Source: Paraphysomonas bandaiensis
Taxonomy: Eukaryota; Protista; Chrysophyceae
Length of the DNA: 64,000 bases
Assembly (NCBI GenBank): GCA_965644295.1
Contig: CBFFRP010000032.1
Coordinates: 1 to 64,000 of the forward strand
Direction: 5' to 3'
Positions within the stretch are counted from its first letter, which is position 1, and each line of letters begins with the position of its first letter. Positions 61,079-64,000 of this stretch are shown one piece after another. The position numbers and the translations under genes are program-made. A model generated the notes under the pieces. The model ran no database searches, was not told where the DNA came from, and was given only the letters and a program-made list of their open reading frames with translations.

Positions 61079-63369
61079 TTATTGGTGGCTCATTTGCTCT
61101 AGCTTCTCTGCAAGCCATTCGTTCTTAGTGCACTCTTCCTGGAAGTCCTTCACAGTTTTAAAATATTTCCGCTGTTCATCCACAAGCTGCATACACAGTG
61201 TCAATTACAGATACAGTTGAACTTCTCACAGAAGCAATATTTATTCTCGTATAACTTACGTTCTGGTGGGTCGCCTTCAGCTCCTCCACTCGCTGTTCTT
61301 GTCGCTCTGCAGTGACGCATTGTCTCATCAATGAATCCTCCACCCCCTTCAATATATTCTTAAATTGTTCTAGGTATTCTGCAGAAGACTGTGGGTTTTG
61401 CATCGCCTCATCAAAGCTTCCACCAATAGAGTTTAGTAACTTGACCTGGTCAATAGTTATCAGAAAACAGTTTAACATTGTGATGTCTCAAGCACAACCT
61501 CTTTCTGCAAGAAAGAGAGCGTAGTGTCGAGTGTGTTATACAGTGAATAATACTTCTTAGTCTCGTCGAGTTTCCATGCGACCTGAAATCATGAACCACC
61601 ATACTATCAAAAAGTCCCAGAAAAAAAGAATGAATACCTGTTGGTAAAGCTCCACGAATCGGCGCTCGTATTGAATAAGTTCCGTGCGAGTGGGAACGTC
61701 ATCAATAATGCGAATATTCCTGGCGAGGTCAAGATTTGTCTGTGCAAGTAATCCTCGTAGTCTGTTGTATTTCGCCATCACCTTTCCGTGCATGTCTTCA
61801 ATGTCTCGAAGCTTCTTGTCCTCATCAGAATCCTTTTCTTCTCCGCCTTCGACTGCGGCAATCATACCCTGTAGCTCCTGCATTTGAGCCTTGCACGACT
61901 CCTTAAATGATGCTTCTTGTGCCCGCAGAGTTTCGTTAAGCGATACAAGATTCTTCAGAGTTGCCAGTTCATCCTGCTCATTCGCGGCACGTTCAAGCTG
62001 TGCAAGCTTCTCAATTTGCTGTTGAAGACGGAGGTTGTATTCAGCCGCCTCATTGCGCTCCTGCTCCAACACACGCATGCTCTCAAGAAGTGCCTGCGTA
62101 GCCCCCTTCAATTCAGCAACCTTGACTGCTGCCTGCTCCTGTTGCTTCACAAAGTTCTGCTGCTGCCTTTTGAGTGCGGCGGATTGACCAAGCTTTCCAC
62201 CCGCTAAAGATTCGTCGATAGCCTTGCGAGCCTCTTCTACCTCTGCTTTGTAGGCCGCGACAGCAGACCCTATTTCACTGGACCCAAGACCAACGATCTG
62301 ACCAACTGATGACCCAGATATGCCACTTCCTCCATCAGCAGAGTCGATTTGACTCATGTGCTGAAGCATCTCTGCCTGCATTTGACGGGCCTCAGCGGCG
62401 AACTGCTCCTCCTCTTTCTGTGCCTCTGTATACATGCATGAGAATACCTTACTTATCGACAGCAAAAAGCAAAAAAATCACGACAACAAAAGTCATACAA
62501 TTGTCACCTGCATGCGCCTGTGCAAGCTTCTTCTCAAAACCCGTCAGTTGGGTGCGGTTGGAGGATGCGCTTAGCTTACTCAATCCTGAGAGGGTCACGT
62601 CCGGGCTACCACTATCCATGATATGAATCACTTTTTTTCCAGTTTCCAACATTGCGTTTTGGACAACTGATACATTTCCCTTGCTTTCTCCTTCCCCTAG
62701 TGCTTCGGTTGAAATAGCTGTTTTACTGCCCCGCCGGGTACGGGTCTGTCCATCTTCTTCCGTCTCACCAACACCAGATGCGAAAGACTCGCCATACTCA
62801 AGAAGGCACGACCTTACCATAGTCTCCTCAGATCCGCCCATTACCTGCCGTCGCTTGAAAATTCTATTGGCTTTGTTCCGGCCTAAAATTTTAGCCAAAT
62901 CTGGTGTCACTGTCCTGGGCTCAGATTCATGAGGAAACTGAAAATGTTTCGAGAATTGCAGAGTCGAAAAGGCACGTAGTTGTGCCTCTCTCTCCTCTCG
63001 ACGCTCAAAAAACTTTTTCACAAGCCACACCATGACAGGATATATGGCTGGAAAGTCAGATCCGCCAACACCTCCCTGAATTTGGTGCGGTTGCAGGTCG
63101 CAAGGACAATTCATTTTCCTGAGAGCGGTAACGATAGCCTCCGACAGAGCGATCCTCTGACCGATAGTGGAGTTCTCTTGGAATAAAATATCCACATCCA
63201 CATCCTCTCCTGAGGATATAATGCACCAGCACAGGCCCCCCACCACCTTATCAAACTCACTCAGAGTGTTTATTCGAGCTCTGAAGTATCCCGCAGAGAG
63301 AAGGATCTCGATGATCTCATCATATTTCTGGCGTTGATATACCTTCTCTGTCTCAGATGTCTGATCCAT
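61079..63369 (-). CDS. CCDC93: Coiled-coil domain-containing protein 93 (CCC/Commander complex), multi-exon
   Basis: LLSAGYFRARINTLSEFDKVVGGLCWCI, LFQENSTIGQRIALSE, LQPHQIQG, IDDVPTRTELIQYERRFVELY and QRKYFKTVKDFQEECTKNE. Confidence 0.95.
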
Positions 63370-64000
63370 CTATGTGCTGGGTGTATAGGGATATAGTATA
63401 TGATGTGCGGGAGATATATGATACAGAGGGCCGGGCCTGTAAGCTCATCACAGCACAGGGTTGCTCTCTTGTGTCTATGTGCAGGAGTACTGCTGTATAT
63501 GTCATACACTGCTGCCTGCTGCTGCAGAGAGAATACAGTACGTAGAACACTATATGATACGCATCTCCTGTAGGATACTGGCGTTACTCGGTACACACGT
63601 ACATATGTACATATGTACCGTCTGGATGTACGCTGGGCTCCTCACCTTCAAGCCCATTGCTAGAACACACCACTCCACTGTCAGTAAACCCATGCTGACA
63701 TTAAGATACCTAACATCTCAACGAGAGTGATCAGTGAATGGGATATAAGAGTCGGCTTATGCTCTGTGTTGTGTTGCATAAGTGGTTTAAATGATGTGTT
63801 CTTGTCAATCAGATGATCGGATCAGTCTATATGCATCCCGGTGGTATCCTACCGATCACGTGGATGCTAGTAGAGGAGAGATGATCCAGGCAGATTTGCC
63901 ACACGAGACGAGCTAAATGAATAACGTATCAGCCCGTGATCTGTATTAAATTGGATAAACACCACCAACAGGGTCATGAACATGAAATGTGAAATCGTTG

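Overview
Eukaryotic nuclear DNA with short GT-AG introns, probably from a stramenopile-type protist (inference from intron style and gene and transposon content). Recognisable host genes are prefoldin 3 (PFDN3/VBP1), C2CD5, a multi-RRM protein, an acylated ankyrin protein, a FOP/CEP43-like protein, RRP6/EXOSC10, an SLC35B4-like nucleotide-sugar transporter, a JmjC protein with a signal peptide, SANBR/KIAA1841 and CCDC93; there is also one hypothetical ORF. The intergenic space holds many nested mobile elements: two recent Copia LTR retrotransposons, two decayed hAT elements, a dispersed ~0.45-0.5 kb SINE-like family and a possible LINE 3' remnant. There is also a 1.5-kb tandem duplication around a fold-back hairpin insert, and a 27-bp minisatellite split by a TIR element. 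The two most notable observations are: (1) an intact IS630/Tc1-type transposon (44248-47619) whose 189-bp inverted repeats each contain a start codon, driving two convergent genes, a DD33E transposase with only one apparent HTH and an unknown 513-aa Cys/His-rich protein; (2) the SINE-like family, whose conserved 5' end folds like an HDV-type self-cleaving ribozyme and whose 3' tail is shared with the LINE-like remnant. All calls come from reading the sequence by eye; no database searches were run.
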